Assembly: GCA_035221665.1 (NCBI GenBank)
Contig: CM069132.1
Coordinates: 144,274,001 to 144,338,000, forward strand
Origin: Okamejei kenojei
Lineage: Eukaryota
Reading direction: 5' to 3'
DNA length: 64,000 nt
Shown here piece by piece: positions 1 through 12,330 of this stretch. The notes beneath the pieces were generated by a model, which was not told where the DNA came from, made no database searches, and saw nothing but the letters and a program-made list of their open reading frames with translations. The translations under genes were made by a program, and so were the position numbers. Position 1 is the stretch's first letter; each line of letters opens with the position of its first letter.

Positions 1-109
1 TAAAAAAGAGAGAAAAGATGGACAGCTGCAGGCTGGGCAGCCATACCCGTACTGAACGGCGCCCCCCAAAGTCAAATATAATTTGATTTTGTCGGCGCCC
101 ATTGCATGG

Positions 110-190
110 CGACTTTGCATACCCTAGGTATGCAAGCAAAGAACTTCACTGTGATTTGTCACGTGACAATAAAGTATTCATTTATTAATT
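110..190 (+). mobile_element. 3' tail of an L2/Rex-type LINE or derived SINE
   Basis: ...ttcactgtgatttgtcacgtgacaataaagtattcatt resembles the tails at 2025-2062, 24475-24520, 41670-41720 and 46850-46900. Confidence 0.5.
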
Positions 191-555
191 CAATTCCCTG
201 AGTCTAATACTGGCCTCAGCTGTTAAGTAATGGCAGTGGGTTTCCTCACCAAGACGGGTAAAATGGCTCAATAGGAGAGAAAAATACTCTAGAGGAACGG
301 ATCTCTGCATTAAAGAAAACCGCAACATGGATAGTTTTCAAGGAAAGCAACTCTTCCATAACACGGGGGTCATCCGAAGAAGGGTCCCAAACTGAAATGT
401 GATCAGTCCAGTTCCCCTCAATGGATATGTTGCGTCATTAGTTCGTTTTTTACTCAGGATTGTGCTATTTGCGGTCTTTTGGGGAATGGGATTGCTCTGT
501 GATCCAATATATGCTTGATAGGATGAGTGATGATCTATGTCATCAGAAAATATAA

Positions 556-933
556 AAAAACATATAAAATTCTGAACGGATTGGACAGGCTTGATGCAGG
601 AAAAATGTTCCCCGTGTTGGGGGAGTTCAGAACCAGGGGTCACAGTTTAAGAATAAGGGGTAGGCCATTTAGGACTGAGATGAGGAAAAACCATTTCATT
701 CAGAGAGTTATGAATCTGTGGAATTCTCTGCCACAGAAGTCAGTGGAGGCCAATTCACTGGATGTTTTCAATAGAGAGTTAGATTTAGCTCTTGGAGATA
801 ATGGAATCTAGGGATATGGGGAGAAAGCAGGAACGGGGTACTGATTCTGGATGATCAGTCATGATCATATTGAATGGCGGTGCTAGCTCAAAGGACCGAA
901 TGGCCTATTCCTGCACCTATATTCTATGTTCTA
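556..933 (+). mobile_element. CR1-clade LINE, 5'-truncated 3' end
   Basis: ORF 527..811 encodes the CR1 ORF2 C-terminus (TYKIL.GLDR...TRGHSL...[10 protein letters not shown]), followed by the 3' UTR and a ttctatg tail. Confidence 0.9.
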
Positions 934-1524
934 AAATTAATATTTCGGGTTCTTGACCTTGCATTAGTGCTGGGAAATGTGGTAATCCACTTTAAGAGGC
1001 AGACAACGTGGTGGTTAAATTCAGATGCATTTGATGGTAATGGTATAGGTTTCTGGTGTCAGAATTTGCTATGAGTTTTTATGGAGACATAAGGAGCTTC
1101 AGGGGCTCATTACAGGAAAAGACATAAAGGTCATAGATAGGCCAGGTTTAGAGTCTATCCATGTCCTGTAGAGATGCCGCGTGACTCGCTGACTTACTCT
1201 GCTACTTTGTGTGGGATTTTCTTTATGAGCGTTTATACTCTGTCTTGATTGCTTTATCAATTGCTTTGGGACATCAGGATCTTTTCTAAACCGGAGAAAA
1301 AATAACAATGTTCTTGCATCTTGCTCAGTAAATGATTGAAATGCTTGATATTTATGAAATCACTTTTTGTATTAATGATTTGTTCCTTCAATCAGCTGAT
1401 TAGCATGTTTCTGGGAAGAATGTTGCTCATTGCATAGCCAGGATGTTGCCTAGAACGGAAGGCTTTAGTTATAAGGAGAGACTTTAGGAGCTGAGGAGTG
1501 AACTTACAGAAAGAGGCAGATTTA

Positions 1525-2062
1525 TGAGGAGCAGCTCCATCCAAGACCACAGGATATTGCAGAAAATTGTGGACGGAACCCAGACCATCGCAAACTAACC
1601 TCCCTTCCATTAACTCCATTTGCACCTCGTGCTGCCTGGGAGGCCAGCAGCATAATCAAGGACTTGTTACACCCTGGTCACTCCCGCTTCTCCCCTCCCA
1701 TCAGGCAAAAGGTATAGAAGTGTGAAGAAGCATACCCCAGATTGAGGGACAGTTTCTTCCCAGCTGTTATCAAGCAACGGAACCATCCTACCAACAACTC
1801 GAGAGCAGTCCTGAACTACTATCTACCTCACTGGAGACAATCGGACTTTGTTGGATTTGCCTTGCACTAAATGTTATTCCCTTATCCTGTATGGCCCAAT
1901 TGTAATCATGTATTGTCTTTCTGCTGACTGGTTAGCACGCTACAAAAGCCATGATCATATTGAATGGCGGTGCAGGCTCGAAGGGCCGAATGGCCTGGTC
2001 CTGCACCTAGTTTCTATGTAAAAGACTTTTCACTGTACCCCGGTACACGCGACAATAAACTA
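1525..2062 (+). mobile_element. Rex1/Babar- or L2-type LINE 3' fragment with a nested CR1 3' tail (about 1948-2020)
   Basis: Decayed IIKD..HP...LPSGKRYRS...SFFP coding remnant and a cactgtacc..ggtacac.gacaataaac tail, interrupted by agccatgatcatattgaatggcgg...tttctatg. Confidence 0.75.
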
Positions 2063-2717
2063 GACAGTAAGAATCTATTTCCTAGGGCGGGGGGGGGGGG
2101 GTCTAGAACTAGGGAGCGTTGGAGAAAGGGGAGAAATTTAAAGAAATTTTGAGGATATGTTTTTCCGCACATGGTGGTGAGTATTTGGAATGAGCTGTCA
2201 GAGTGGCAGGCACTATTACAACATAAAATGCATTTGAACAAGTTCTTGAATTGGAATGAAGTAGAGGAGCCTAGACAAGCAAATGTGATTAGCCCAGAGG
2301 GAGATGATTCAAAGAGTTTGTGGCAGGGTGAGAGGGGTCAGAGATGATCTTACCCGTTTGCTTCCTGGCCCTTGCAATGTACAGTTCGTCAATGGAGGGA
2401 AGGGCTGAGGTGGGCCAGAGACCCATGTTTCCATGATTCTAGTTTGGCTAATCAAGAGTTTTAATAATGTTCCTCAGCCAACCGATTGGGCTGCTGTGAT
2501 GCTACAATTCTTAATTCACTGAAGTTCAGTACTAAAGTTCCTGCATGATTCCTTTACAATGAGCTGTCTGGTCTGAATGGATAGCTTGTTAAAAACCCTG
2601 TACCTTGCTCTATGTGACAGTAATAAATCTAAACCTTAGCCGTCCTTTTCATAGTGATTTTATTTTACAGCCTGCAGTTTTACTAATGCCACAGATGTTA
2701 GTGTCACAATAATGCCA

Positions 2718-3180
2718 CTGTCTTATGAAGAAAGACTGGATAGACTCGGTTTATACTCTCTGGAATTTAGGAGATTAAGAGGGGATCTTATAGAAACTTA
2801 CAAAATTCTTAAGGGGTTGGACAGGCTAGATGCAGGAAGATTGTTCCCGATGTTGGGGAAGTCCAGGACAAGGGGTCACAGCTTAAGGATAAGGGGGAAA
2901 TCCTTTAAGACCGAGATGAGAAAGACTTTCTTCACACAGAGAGTGGTGAGTCTCTGGAACTCTCTGCCACAGAGGGTAGTTGAGGCCAGTTCATTGGCTA
3001 TATTTAAGAGTGAGTTGGATGTGGCCCTTGTGGCTAAGGGGATCAGAGGGTATGGAGAGAAGGCAGGTACGGGATACTGAGTTGGATGATCAGCCATGAT
3101 CATATTGAATGGCGGTGCAGGCTCGAAGGGCTGAATGGCCTACTCCTGCACCTAATTTCTATGTTTCTATGTTTCTATGT
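2718..3180 (+). mobile_element. Young CR1 LINE 3' end with (TTTCTATG)n tail
   Basis: Uninterrupted ORF2 C-terminus (ORF 2712..3080); near-identical to the copies at 5.8, 11.0 and 34.6 kb. Confidence 0.95.
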
Positions 3181-3539
3181 TAGCTGTGGTCAAAAAGTAT
3201 ATAAAAGTTGCACAACAGGCACTTCACATCATACTTATTTGTTTTGCCAGGAAGTTCTTTGCTGTCATTGTCTCGATTGATCGGAAAATTGTATTGACAA
3301 GGTGTTCTCTTGCACTGTTTTCTAAGATTTTCTGCTCTTAATAAAAGGCTTGGTGTTCCTCAGTACTTCAACTAATTGTCTAGCAGAAAGCAAGTGCAAC
3401 TCGCATGGGAATAAGGTGAGTTTGATTGGCAGCCAAGGCTCTGATTTTGATTTGGTTCTCTGAGTCTATTGTAACATGAAGGACTCTGATATTCACTTTT
3501 AAGCACGTCCTGCTCCACAAAAGGCAATGTGAACCACAG

Positions 3540-4100
3540 GATGGTGTTAGTAAAGTTTAAATACATAAGTTATATTGGAGCTATTATAGCTTTATAGAAC
3601 TTTGATGAGTCTGCATTTGGAGTGTTGTGCAATTCTGATGGCCCTATTAAAGGATCAATGTTGAGGCTTTGGAGAGGGTGCAGAAGATGTTTAATGGAAC
3701 GGTGCCCTGGTTAGAAGGTATTAGCTAAAAGGAGAGCTTGGACAAATGTGGATTGTTTTCTCAAGAGCATTGGAGGCTGGGGGGAGACCTGAAACAGCCA
3801 AAATAATGTGAGGCATAAGGTAGACAGTCCTTTTCCCCGCAGAGTGGAAATGTCAAAGACTAGAGGGCATGGTTTTAAGGTGAGAGGTGTGGAGAGTGGT
3901 GGGTGCCCGGAATGTGCTGCCAGGGGTGGTGATGGAGGGAGATACAATCGTGGAGTTTGAGCAGCTTTTGGATGGGCATATGGGTATGCAGGGATGGGAA
4001 GAATCTTGATCACATGTAGAGGACATTAGTTTAATTTGCCATCGTGTTTAGCATGGACACTGGGCTGAAGGGACTGCTCCTATAGCTGTACCTTTCTATG
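3540..4100 (+). mobile_element. Old, degenerate CR1 LINE fragment
   Basis: Decayed HLE..VQF...LERVQ..F and TRGH.FKV coding remnants. Confidence 0.7.
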
Positions 4101-4239
4101 TAGGTCCCCTTGCAGGAAGTGACATTGAATCATCTCCCATAATGCGTTGTACACATGCCTCGAAAGGGACTAGACTGGTGCCTTCAATAACTACTGGCCA
4201 ATGGCATTAATGTCCGTGGTGACGTCGTTCTTTAAGAAG

Positions 4240-5585
4240 TCCTGGACATGCTTAATGCTTTCTACGCAAACTTAGAAAGGGAGGGTATTAGTATACCTTC
4301 TTGGACCCCCACATCCTCTAGCGATACTGTAATCTCCTTCACCAAGGTTGATGTCAGAAGGTCATTCATGAGGGCGAACCCTGAAAAAGCGTCTGCCCTG
4401 ATGCTGTACCTGGCTGCGTTCTTAAGACCTGCATGTAGTTTTTGCGAGCATCTTCAACCTCCCTTTACTACGTTCCGACATCAATAATGCCCATCATTGT
4501 ATATCTTTATTATCATTTTTCTGAGTACTTACATACCCAGAGGAAAACGAAAAAAGCGTTTCTCGACCAGTGTCCATTCAGTGTGTGGTAAAAAATAAAT
4601 AAAAATAAAGAATAAAAGTACATATCACGAGTTCCGATTGGCTCTGCTCCAGTGTGTCCAGGTTGGTGTTTGGTGCACGATACTTTGGCAGGGGGCAAAG
4701 TCCGTTTATCAGTCTAATTGCCTGCGGGAAGAAGCTGAGGAGCATCCTGCTGGTTTTGCAGCTGATGCTCCTGTACCTCTTCCCAGATGGCAGGATGGAG
4801 AATATGTGATGCGATGGGTGGTAGGGGTCTTTGATGATGGAGATGGCTCTGCTAATACATCTCTTCCTGTATATGTCCAGCAATAAAGGGAGTGGAGCAC
4901 CAATAATCCTGCTGGCGGTCTTCACAATCCTGTCCAGTTGGTGCCGTTCGTACGCCTTGCAGCTCCCGAACCAGAGGTGATGCCATAGGTTAATGTGCTC
5001 TCGATTGTCCCCCTATAAAAAGTTCGTAGGTGTGCAGTGGGGAGACCTGCTTTCCGTAGTCTTCAGAGAGGGTGTAGTCGCTGCTGGGCTCTCTTGACCA
5101 GTGCTGTGGTGTTGGTCGTGGACGTCAGGTCATCTGACAGGTGGAGTCCTAGGAACTTCACACTGCTGACCCTTTCCGCATCAGCTCCATCGATGTGCAG
5201 AGGTGTATGGCGTTGTTTTCCCGCCCTCCTGAAGTCAACCACCATCTCCTTCGTTTTTCCCACGTTGAGAATGAGGTTGTGGGATTTGCACCATCCTGTG
5301 AACAGCTCCACCTCCATCCTGTATGCCGACTCATCATTGTCACTGATGAGACCCACCACTGTTGTGTCATCAGCGAACTTGTTGATGAAGTTGTTGTTGA
5401 GTCTAGCAGTACAGTCGTGTGTAAAGCAGTACAGTCGTGTGTAAGCAGTACAGTCGTGATCAAAGGACATTAATAATGTCGGTACTCAAGAAGAGTAAGG
5501 TGATATGCTTACTGACTACTTAATGACTGTTTGGCATTAGCGTCCGTGATGATGAAGTGCTTTGAGACGTTAGTTATGACGCAGT
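4240..5585. mobile_element. Older + strand Rex1/Babar-type LINE fragment (4240-4490 and 5472-5585) interrupted by a younger - strand Rex1/Babar copy (about 4500-5460)
   Basis: Minus-strand ORFs 5063..5470 (KFADDTTVVGLISDNDESAYR..WC..NL.LN..KTKEMVVDFRR) and 4578..4925 (IIKDPYHP..LPSGKRYRS). The + flanks encode LNAFYA... and KKSKV...SVMMKCFE.LV of the same clade. Confidence 0.85.
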
Positions 5586-5705
5586 TTGAAGAAGGATCCC
5601 ATCCCAAAATGTCACCTGAAGAAGGGTCTTGACCAGAGACGTTGCCTATCCATTCCCTCCACAGATGCTGCCTGACCTGCTGAGTTACTCCAACGCCTAG
5701 TTTTG
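5584..5705 (+). mobile_element. Penelope-derived short element with two degenerate tandem hammerhead cores
   Basis: ttgaagaaggatcccatcccaaaatgtcac then ctgaagaagggtcttgaccagagacgttgcc, followed by the family arm agatgctgcctgacctgctgagttactcca. Confidence 0.7.
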
Positions 5706-5752
5706 CCCAAGGAGGTGATTGTTTACTTCAATAATTAATCAACCCACTATCC

Positions 5753-6287
5753 CATAGAGGGAGTGCCATAGAGGCCATAGAGGGAGTGCAGAGAAGGTTC
5801 ACCAGACTGATTCCTGGGATGTCAGGACTGTCTTATGAAGAAAGACTGGATAGACTCGGTTTATACTCTCTGGAATTTAGGAGATTAAGAGGGGATCTTA
5901 TAGAAAACTTACAAAATTCTTAAGGGGTTGGACAGGCTAGATGCAGGAAGATTGTTCCCGATGTTGGGGAAGTCCAGGACAAGGGGTCACAGCTTAAGGA
6001 TAAGGGGGAAATCCTTTAAGACCGAGATGAGAAAGACTTTCTTCACACAGAGAGTGGTGAGTCTCTGGAACTCTCTGCCACAGAGGGTAGTTGAGGCCAG
6101 TTCATTGGCTATATTTAAGAGTGAGTTGGATGTGGCCCTTGTGGCTAAGGGGATCAGGGTATGGAGAGAAGGCAGGTATGGGATACTGAGTTGGATGATC
6201 AGCCATGATCATATTGAATGGCGGTGCAGGCTCGAAGGGCTGAATGGCCTACTCCTGCACCTAATTTCTATGTTTCTATGTTTCTAT
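5753..6287 (+). mobile_element. Young CR1 LINE 3' end
   Basis: Near-identical to 2718-3180; stuttered 5' junction; ctatccc occurs at both ends (possible TSD). Confidence 0.95.
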
Positions 6288-6579
6288 CCCCAATTAAAAG
6301 TTGTTTTAAGCTATAGAGCTAATTATGCAAATCCGAAATAACACTGCAAAGGCGATCGATAAATTCAGAATGTTTCATAAGTGAAAACAGCAATTTGATG
6401 GTATAGTGTGTCTTGTGGCAGTTGCAGCAAAAATCCATCGATCCTGGTAAATGGAGAGAATAGGTTTGTGCACTTTTATTCATGGACTCAAACTTTATGG
6501 ATTAGCAATGCGTGTGTGTACCGGTTATGTAATGGAATGGAAATTCACCTGTTACAAATTGTTACCCAAAAAGATGACA

Positions 6580-6980
6580 TCTATATTACTAAAAGTCTGT
6601 TCTTGACCACTTTCTGGTGTTCTGTATATTGATTTTAGAAAAAACGCTGCCACTTACAGCTGTGATTTTTGGCCATCTTACTCGGAGTCCCCCTCAGCTG
6701 CGCAGGCCAAGAGGATTTTTCCCATCGATGAAAAATAAAAGTTATTAGTGTTTAAAAAATGTTGAGATTCTCTCTGCTGAAGGCCACACCCCTTCTGGAG
6801 GGACCATAAAACCCGGATGTTTTCAGTGCCTCATTCAGTCTCTGCAAGATGGGGGAGTGAGAGGGTCACGTCTCTCAGTCTGAGCTGTAGATAATATTGA
6901 ACACACAGAGGTGGAATATTGCGCTGGGGGACCAGCCCTCCCATGTGATGCTGGGACCCAACGGGTCCCACTTAGTCTAG
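6580..6980 (+). mobile_element. Non-autonomous Helitron (401 bp)
   Basis: Starts A|TCTATATTACTAAAA. Ends with an 8-bp GC-rich hairpin TGGGACCC-aac-GGGTCCCA (6952-6970) then CTTAGTCTAG|T. Inserted between A and T with no TSD. Confidence 0.8.
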
Positions 6981-7859
6981 TATGGAATAACATTCAATCT
7001 CATAGAATTTGTTAAGGAGAGGGGGGCTGAAATTTATTTTTTAACTGTCATTTCTTGATGCCTGCAAAATGATGCGGCTTGGCGTTACTGAAATCGCAAT
7101 AGAGTGTTTTCCAGGAACACAACCTGCCCTTCCCTGTACCACTTAATGGAAAATGACATCTTGAGATGTGGGTAACAGCGGTCAAGTTGAATTTATGTTC
7201 TCTGTCAGCACTTCGGCTTGGAAAGAGAATCATAATGAGCATAAATTAAGTAGATTCACAAATTAGGGATGTGATTAATTATTTTCTTTGAAGCGTTTGC
7301 AGGTGCAGAATAGGTTGTTCTGGGAGCCATAGACATTATCAAATCTGGAAAATCATGTTGTACAGGATTAATTTCAGAAGATAAATCTGATTCTTGCAGG
7401 GCCACTACACTGCAATTTTTTATTAAATGTTATACCTCAGGGTTTTGATGAGGGAACCAATTGCAAGATGGAAAAATATGCTTGAAAGAAAAAATATGTG
7501 AAGACTTGGAGAAAATGTTTGTGAAATCTGAGTAAACCCAGCTCTTGGTTGTGACTCGTGTTAATGAATGTCTCCAAAATAACTGTTCAAATTGTTTGTT
7601 TTTTTTCCTGTAGGTTAAACCTGGTGTAAATTACATCTAGGACACATCATTCCCAGCTGCCATGACAGCTTTTCTTTTAATAATAGTCCATTTTACGGAG
7701 ATTTGTTAGTTATGTCACGGTCCTGCGCCTACCGTTTAATCATTTTGGAAATCCCATGAAAATGTTCTGTCACACTTTAAACCCATGAGGTAACAATCCA
7801 ATTATCCTTCCCATATTTATGAGAAGAGACATTGTGAAGCATTGTGTCACTTTTGGAAA

Positions 7860-8636
7860 TGGTGCCTATTCCCCACTCCCTACCCCTCCCACTCCCCCCT
7901 CCTCTCCCTCTATTCCACCTCCACCCCCACTCTCCTCTCCTCCCCCACTTTCCCACTCTCCCCCCCCTACCCCTTCCTCTCTCTCAATCCCCCCACTCTC
8001 CCTCCTCACCTCCCCAGGATTCTTCCCCTCTCCTCTCCCAATCCCTCCCTCCCTCTCCTTTCCCCTACTCTCAGTCCCTCCCTCCCTCCATCCATAAAAA
8101 GCAGCATCTGCAGTTCCTTCCTCCACAGGTCATTCATTGTTAGCTGTGGTGTAGATCCCGTTGACTTGACGATTGGACCAGTTTGCATCGTGTGTGTGTG
8201 TGAGTTACTCAAACTCTGCGCAAACTGCTCGGCCACCCTGCAAGCCGACTCCCTCCCTCCCTCCCTCCCTCTGCCCACTCTGGCCCAGCCGCCGTTTGGC
8301 CTGTCTCTATCCGACCGCCCGCTGCTGCTGCTCGGCCCGTCCCCGCCCTGCCCACTCGCCTGCCTGCTCGCTGCCGCCGCCGGGCCACGGGGGGAGGTGA
8401 GGGGGGGGGGGGGGGGGATATGGAGTCGGTGTTCGTCACTGTGGGCCGTGAGGGTGAGTTACCACAGCGGTGGTGGAGGAGACGGACCTGGGGGGACGGG
8501 TAGATGGGGAGAGGAGTGACTGAAGAGGGAGAAAGAGATTGGACCAGGGCCTCCACTGGGTCCCCACTGAACACCCCCTCCCCCGGCAAACAGGAACATA
8601 CCAACTGCCAGCAACTAGCATCTGGCTCCGCTGGCT

Positions 8637-8667
<31 letters not shown>

Positions 8668-8945
8668 CAGTAACTGACCTTGTGTAGTACCACAATACCA
8701 TGTAGAGCACCATGCACATATGTGTGTTGAAGGTTATAAATGGCATGAATTAATAAGGATTAATCTACAGCGCGTTTTTAAAGATTTTTAAACCTCGATA
8801 ACAATATACCACTGATTGGACTAAAACTTGTTGCACTCGCAGCACAAAAGAATGATGAGTAACCTGGCGAAAAACCGTAGCGCTATCGCTTACCGTTTTT
8901 GCGCAAATAGAAAAACCGTGCAAACTGGAAGAGCACAAGATCACT
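7860..8945 (-). repeat. Probable related Helitron-like element (partial) with C/T-rich, GC-rich and (GT)n/(GA)n low-complexity interior
   Basis: The reverse complement of 8770-8943 shares ordered motifs with 6595-6760 (ttcttg..aaaaacg..ttttt.gcca..ttactc..gctgcg..gttat..gtttaaaaat). Termini not found. Confidence 0.45.
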
Positions 8946-9358
8946 GTGCATCCTTCTGCGCTCCAAGAAATAGAATCCCAGCCTACTCAACCACTCCCTA
9001 TAGCACAGACCGTCTAGTCCTGGCTACATCCTTGTAAATCTTTTCTGTACCCTTTCCAGCTTGACATTATCTTGCCAATAACATGGTGCCCAGAACTGAA
9101 CATTATACTCTAAATGTAGCCTCACCATCGTCTTGTACAACTACAACATGACCTCCCAATTTCTATACTCAATACTCTGATTGATGAAGGCCAATGTGCC
9201 AAAAGTCTTTTTGACCACCCTATCTACCTGTGACTCCATCTTCAAGAAACCACGCACCTGCACTCCTAGATCCCTCTGGTCTACAACACTCCCCAGAGCC
9301 CTACCATTCACTGTGTAGGTCCTGCCCATGTTAGACTTCCCAAAATGCAGCATCTCAC
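8945..9358 (-). mobile_element. CR1 LINE internal fragment
   Basis: ORF 9141..9353 (LHFGKSN...QRDLGV.V...VVKK.FG.LAFI..IEYR..EVML). Confidence 0.88.
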
Positions 9359-9607
9359 TGCAACATCAGTGATGCAACATTAGTTTAACTTGGGGGCATT
9401 GTGTTTGTAACAGATAATGTGGTCTGAAAGGCCTGCTGCTGTGCATTACTACATTCTATGTTCACGCAGCAAAATGAGCACTGTTATGGGCTCTCAATCT
9501 GCCATTGGAGACGAGTCCTCCAAAGAATTCCCTATTCAACGGCGCCACCCCAATCATTCATGGAGTTTAATTTTAAACTACTTTGTTGTCTGTACCCACC
9601 TGGTAAA

Positions 9608-9856
9608 TGTGTAGGAAAGAACTGCAGATGCTGGTTTAAATCGAAGGTAGGCACAAAATGCTGGAGTAACTTAGCGGGGCAGGCAGCAGCTCTGGGGAGA
9701 AGGAATAGATGACGTTTCAGCTCGAGACCCTTCCTCCTTAATTTACTGATGGGGTGGAAGGTGAGGACAAGGGGAAGAAGGGTCTCAACCCAAAACGTCA
9801 CCCATTCCTTCTCTCCAGTGATGCTGCCTGTCCCGCTGATTTTGTGTCTACCCTCT
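9608..9856. mobile_element. Penelope-derived palindromic short element
   Basis: Inverted arms (cacaaaatgctggagtaac..gcagca / gatgctgcctgtcccgctga..ttgtgtcta), degenerate cores in both directions, and tggtaaa repeated at 9601-9607 and 9857-9863. Confidence 0.75.
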
Positions 9857-10594
9857 TGGTAAAGAATCATAGCCAATATGCTGATGATAAAGGTACGGCA
9901 TTCTCTTTCTAGATTTTTTTTAAAAACAGATTGCTCTTTGGAAGGAGTAATTTAATCTGTCTGGTGACATCAAAAGCATGCTCTCTTTTGAAAGGCAAAG
10001 GTCATCTTGACATTGGACCTTGATTTAGTTTTAACTGCCATGCAAATATTTAAAAAGGCAAATAGTGGCAGTAATACAATGTAGAATTGTAATTTAATTT
10101 TTTTTTACGATTGTTTAGTAAAGCTGCGGGCTCTAAAATTCATTACTTAAATCTAAGATTTTTTTCAATTATGATTCATGAATTCTTTCCTAACAATGGC
10201 AGGGTTTGGTGCTTTTGTTAATTTTCTTCAACAGATGATTCATATACTCAAAGTTCAGGATTTGAACAGATTCCGTTCCTTTTTGCAGCCTCATCTCATA
10301 TCTTTCTCATTGCACTACTAAACTCTGTGTCTCTGGGCGCTAGGCAACTTGGCAAAATCTCTCCCACAACAATTTCAAGTAACCTACACCCCTGGTATTC
10401 TCCCGCACACAGTCACCTGTCCACCTAGCTTTTCCTCCCTTTGTACAATTCTCCCACCCACCTCCCTCCACCCAACTCCATCTGCCCAGCATCTCCAAGT
10501 CAGTTTCCATCTATCACCTATCAGCTGCCGTCTATCCACACCTACACACCCCATACAGCTATAAACTGGCAATCTTTCTTCTTCCCTCTCAGAA

Positions 10595-10810
10595 CTCTGT
10601 CCGTACGGAATTTGTACGTTCTCCCCATGGCCGCATGGGATTTTTCCAGGTGCTCCGGTTTCCAAAGATGTACAGGTTTGTAGGTTAATTGATTTCAGTA
10701 AAGATTGTAAATTTTTCCTAGTGTGTAGGATAGTGCTAGTATACGGGGATTAATGGTCGGCGTGGACCGAAGGGCCTGATTCCATGCTGTATCTCTAAAA
10801 TAAACTAAAA
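10595..10810 (+). mobile_element. tRNA-derived SINE (HE1/V-SINE-like), 5'-truncated
   Basis: tgtacgttctcccc..ggtgctccggtttcc..taggttaatt..ggaccgaagggcctg..gctgtatctctaaaataaact. Confidence 0.85.
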
Positions 10811-10950
10811 AACGAAACTCACACAGTGTCTTGACCCAAAACATCGACCGTCCATTTGCCTCCACAGATACCGCTAGAGTTTTGCTTATATTCTGGCTTT
10901 TAATTCATCCCACCATTGCGGAGTTGTTTAATTCCTTTCCCTAAATCATC

Positions 10951-11482
10951 TAGAAACATAGAAATTAGGTGCAGGAGTAGGCCATTCAGCCCCTCGAGCC
11001 TGCACTGCCATTCAATATGATCATGGCTGATCATCCAACTCAGTATCCCGTACCTGCCTTCTCTCCATACCCTCTGATCCCTTTAGCCACAAGGGCCACA
11101 TCTAATTCCCTCTTAAATATAGCCAATGAACTGGCCTCAACTACCCTCTGTGGCAGAGAGTTCCAGAGACTCACCACTCTCTGTGTGAAAAAAGTCTTTC
11201 TCATCTCGGTCTTAAAGGATTTCCCCCTTATCCTTAAGCTGTGACCCCTTGTTCTGGACTTCCCCAACATCGGGAGCAATCTTCCTGCATCTAGCCTGTC
11301 CAACCCCTTAAGAATTTTGTAAGTTTCTATAAGATTCCCTCTCAATCTCCTAAATTCTAGAGAGTATAAACCGAGTCTATCCAGTCTTTCTTTATAAGAC
11401 AGTCCTGACATCCCAGGAATCAGTCTGGTGAACCTTATCTGCACTCCCTCTATGGCAATAATGTCCTTCCTCAGATTTGGAG
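10951..11482 (-). mobile_element. Young CR1 LINE 3' end
   Basis: ORF 11040..11444; near-identical reverse complement of 5753-6287. Confidence 0.95.
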
Positions 11483-11849
11483 GAATCTAGGGCTTGTGTT
11501 ATGGCTGAGAATGCTGTTGTAATTTGTGTATGCTATGCATGACTATGTCTGCCATCGTAAAACCACACACTTTCTTTGCTAATAATTTTGCATTCAATGT
11601 GACCATCCCTGCAGAAAATAAATAAGATTGCAAATGCCCAAATTTGTGACGGCGGAGGTGGCCAAAGGCAGATAAATGGAATTGGATTGAGAATTATTAA
11701 TGAGTCCCTTCCACCACCATAAAATTGTCCTTATTTTGAATGGTGCCTCCTTTATTTCCAGTGACTACCTCCAGTTTCTCACATGAACAATCTCTAAAAC
11801 CTTTCTTAAATTCTCTATTGACAAAAATGGAGGCAACAACCCAGAGCCA

Positions 11850-12330
11850 TTCAGAGTTCACGGGCTCAATTTTTACCTCGATTGCTCTTCTTCACACTCA
11901 ATCTTTCATTAAAGACTACATTCCATTCTCCCAGTTTCTCTGGTTCTGTCATCTCTATAGTAGTTAGGCCACTTTTTACACCGGTATTTCCAAAATTTCT
12001 TTTATCCCAACCACAATTTCTCCATCACTGTAGTTGACATAGCCCACGGTATCTGTTCCATCTCCAGCAATTCTGCTGCATCCTTCCTTCACATAACGAT
12101 GGGATGGGACTTCCTTGGTCTCACCTTCCACATCACCAGCTTCTGCATACAATGAATCATCCTCTGCAATTTCTGGTATCTTTCATATGATGCTACACCT
12201 GACTCGTCTTTCCCTCCTCTTCCATTTCAGAGGGACAATTTCCTCAGCTCTGGGAAATTCTTTCATTTCTTATAATTCCCATTCCATTTCTTGGGGCAGT
12301 TTCCCATTTAATCGCAGGATTGGGTATTAG
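11850..12330 (+). mobile_element. Old Penelope-like element remnant (RT C-terminal/thumb region)
   Basis: KDYIPFSQFLWFCHLYS resembles the Penelope K.SIP.SQFLRLRRICS motif; heavily decayed. Confidence 0.55.

Noticed and set aside
7819-8717. Long overlapping ORFs of up to 225 aa
   Set aside because: Pro/Ser/Gly-rich translations of low-complexity GC-rich sequence with no domain or splice support.
11017-11244. Repeated small protein [17 protein letters not shown] (also at 2876, 34641 and 47409)
   Set aside because: Antisense reading of the CR1 3' end; it recurs only because the copies are near-identical.
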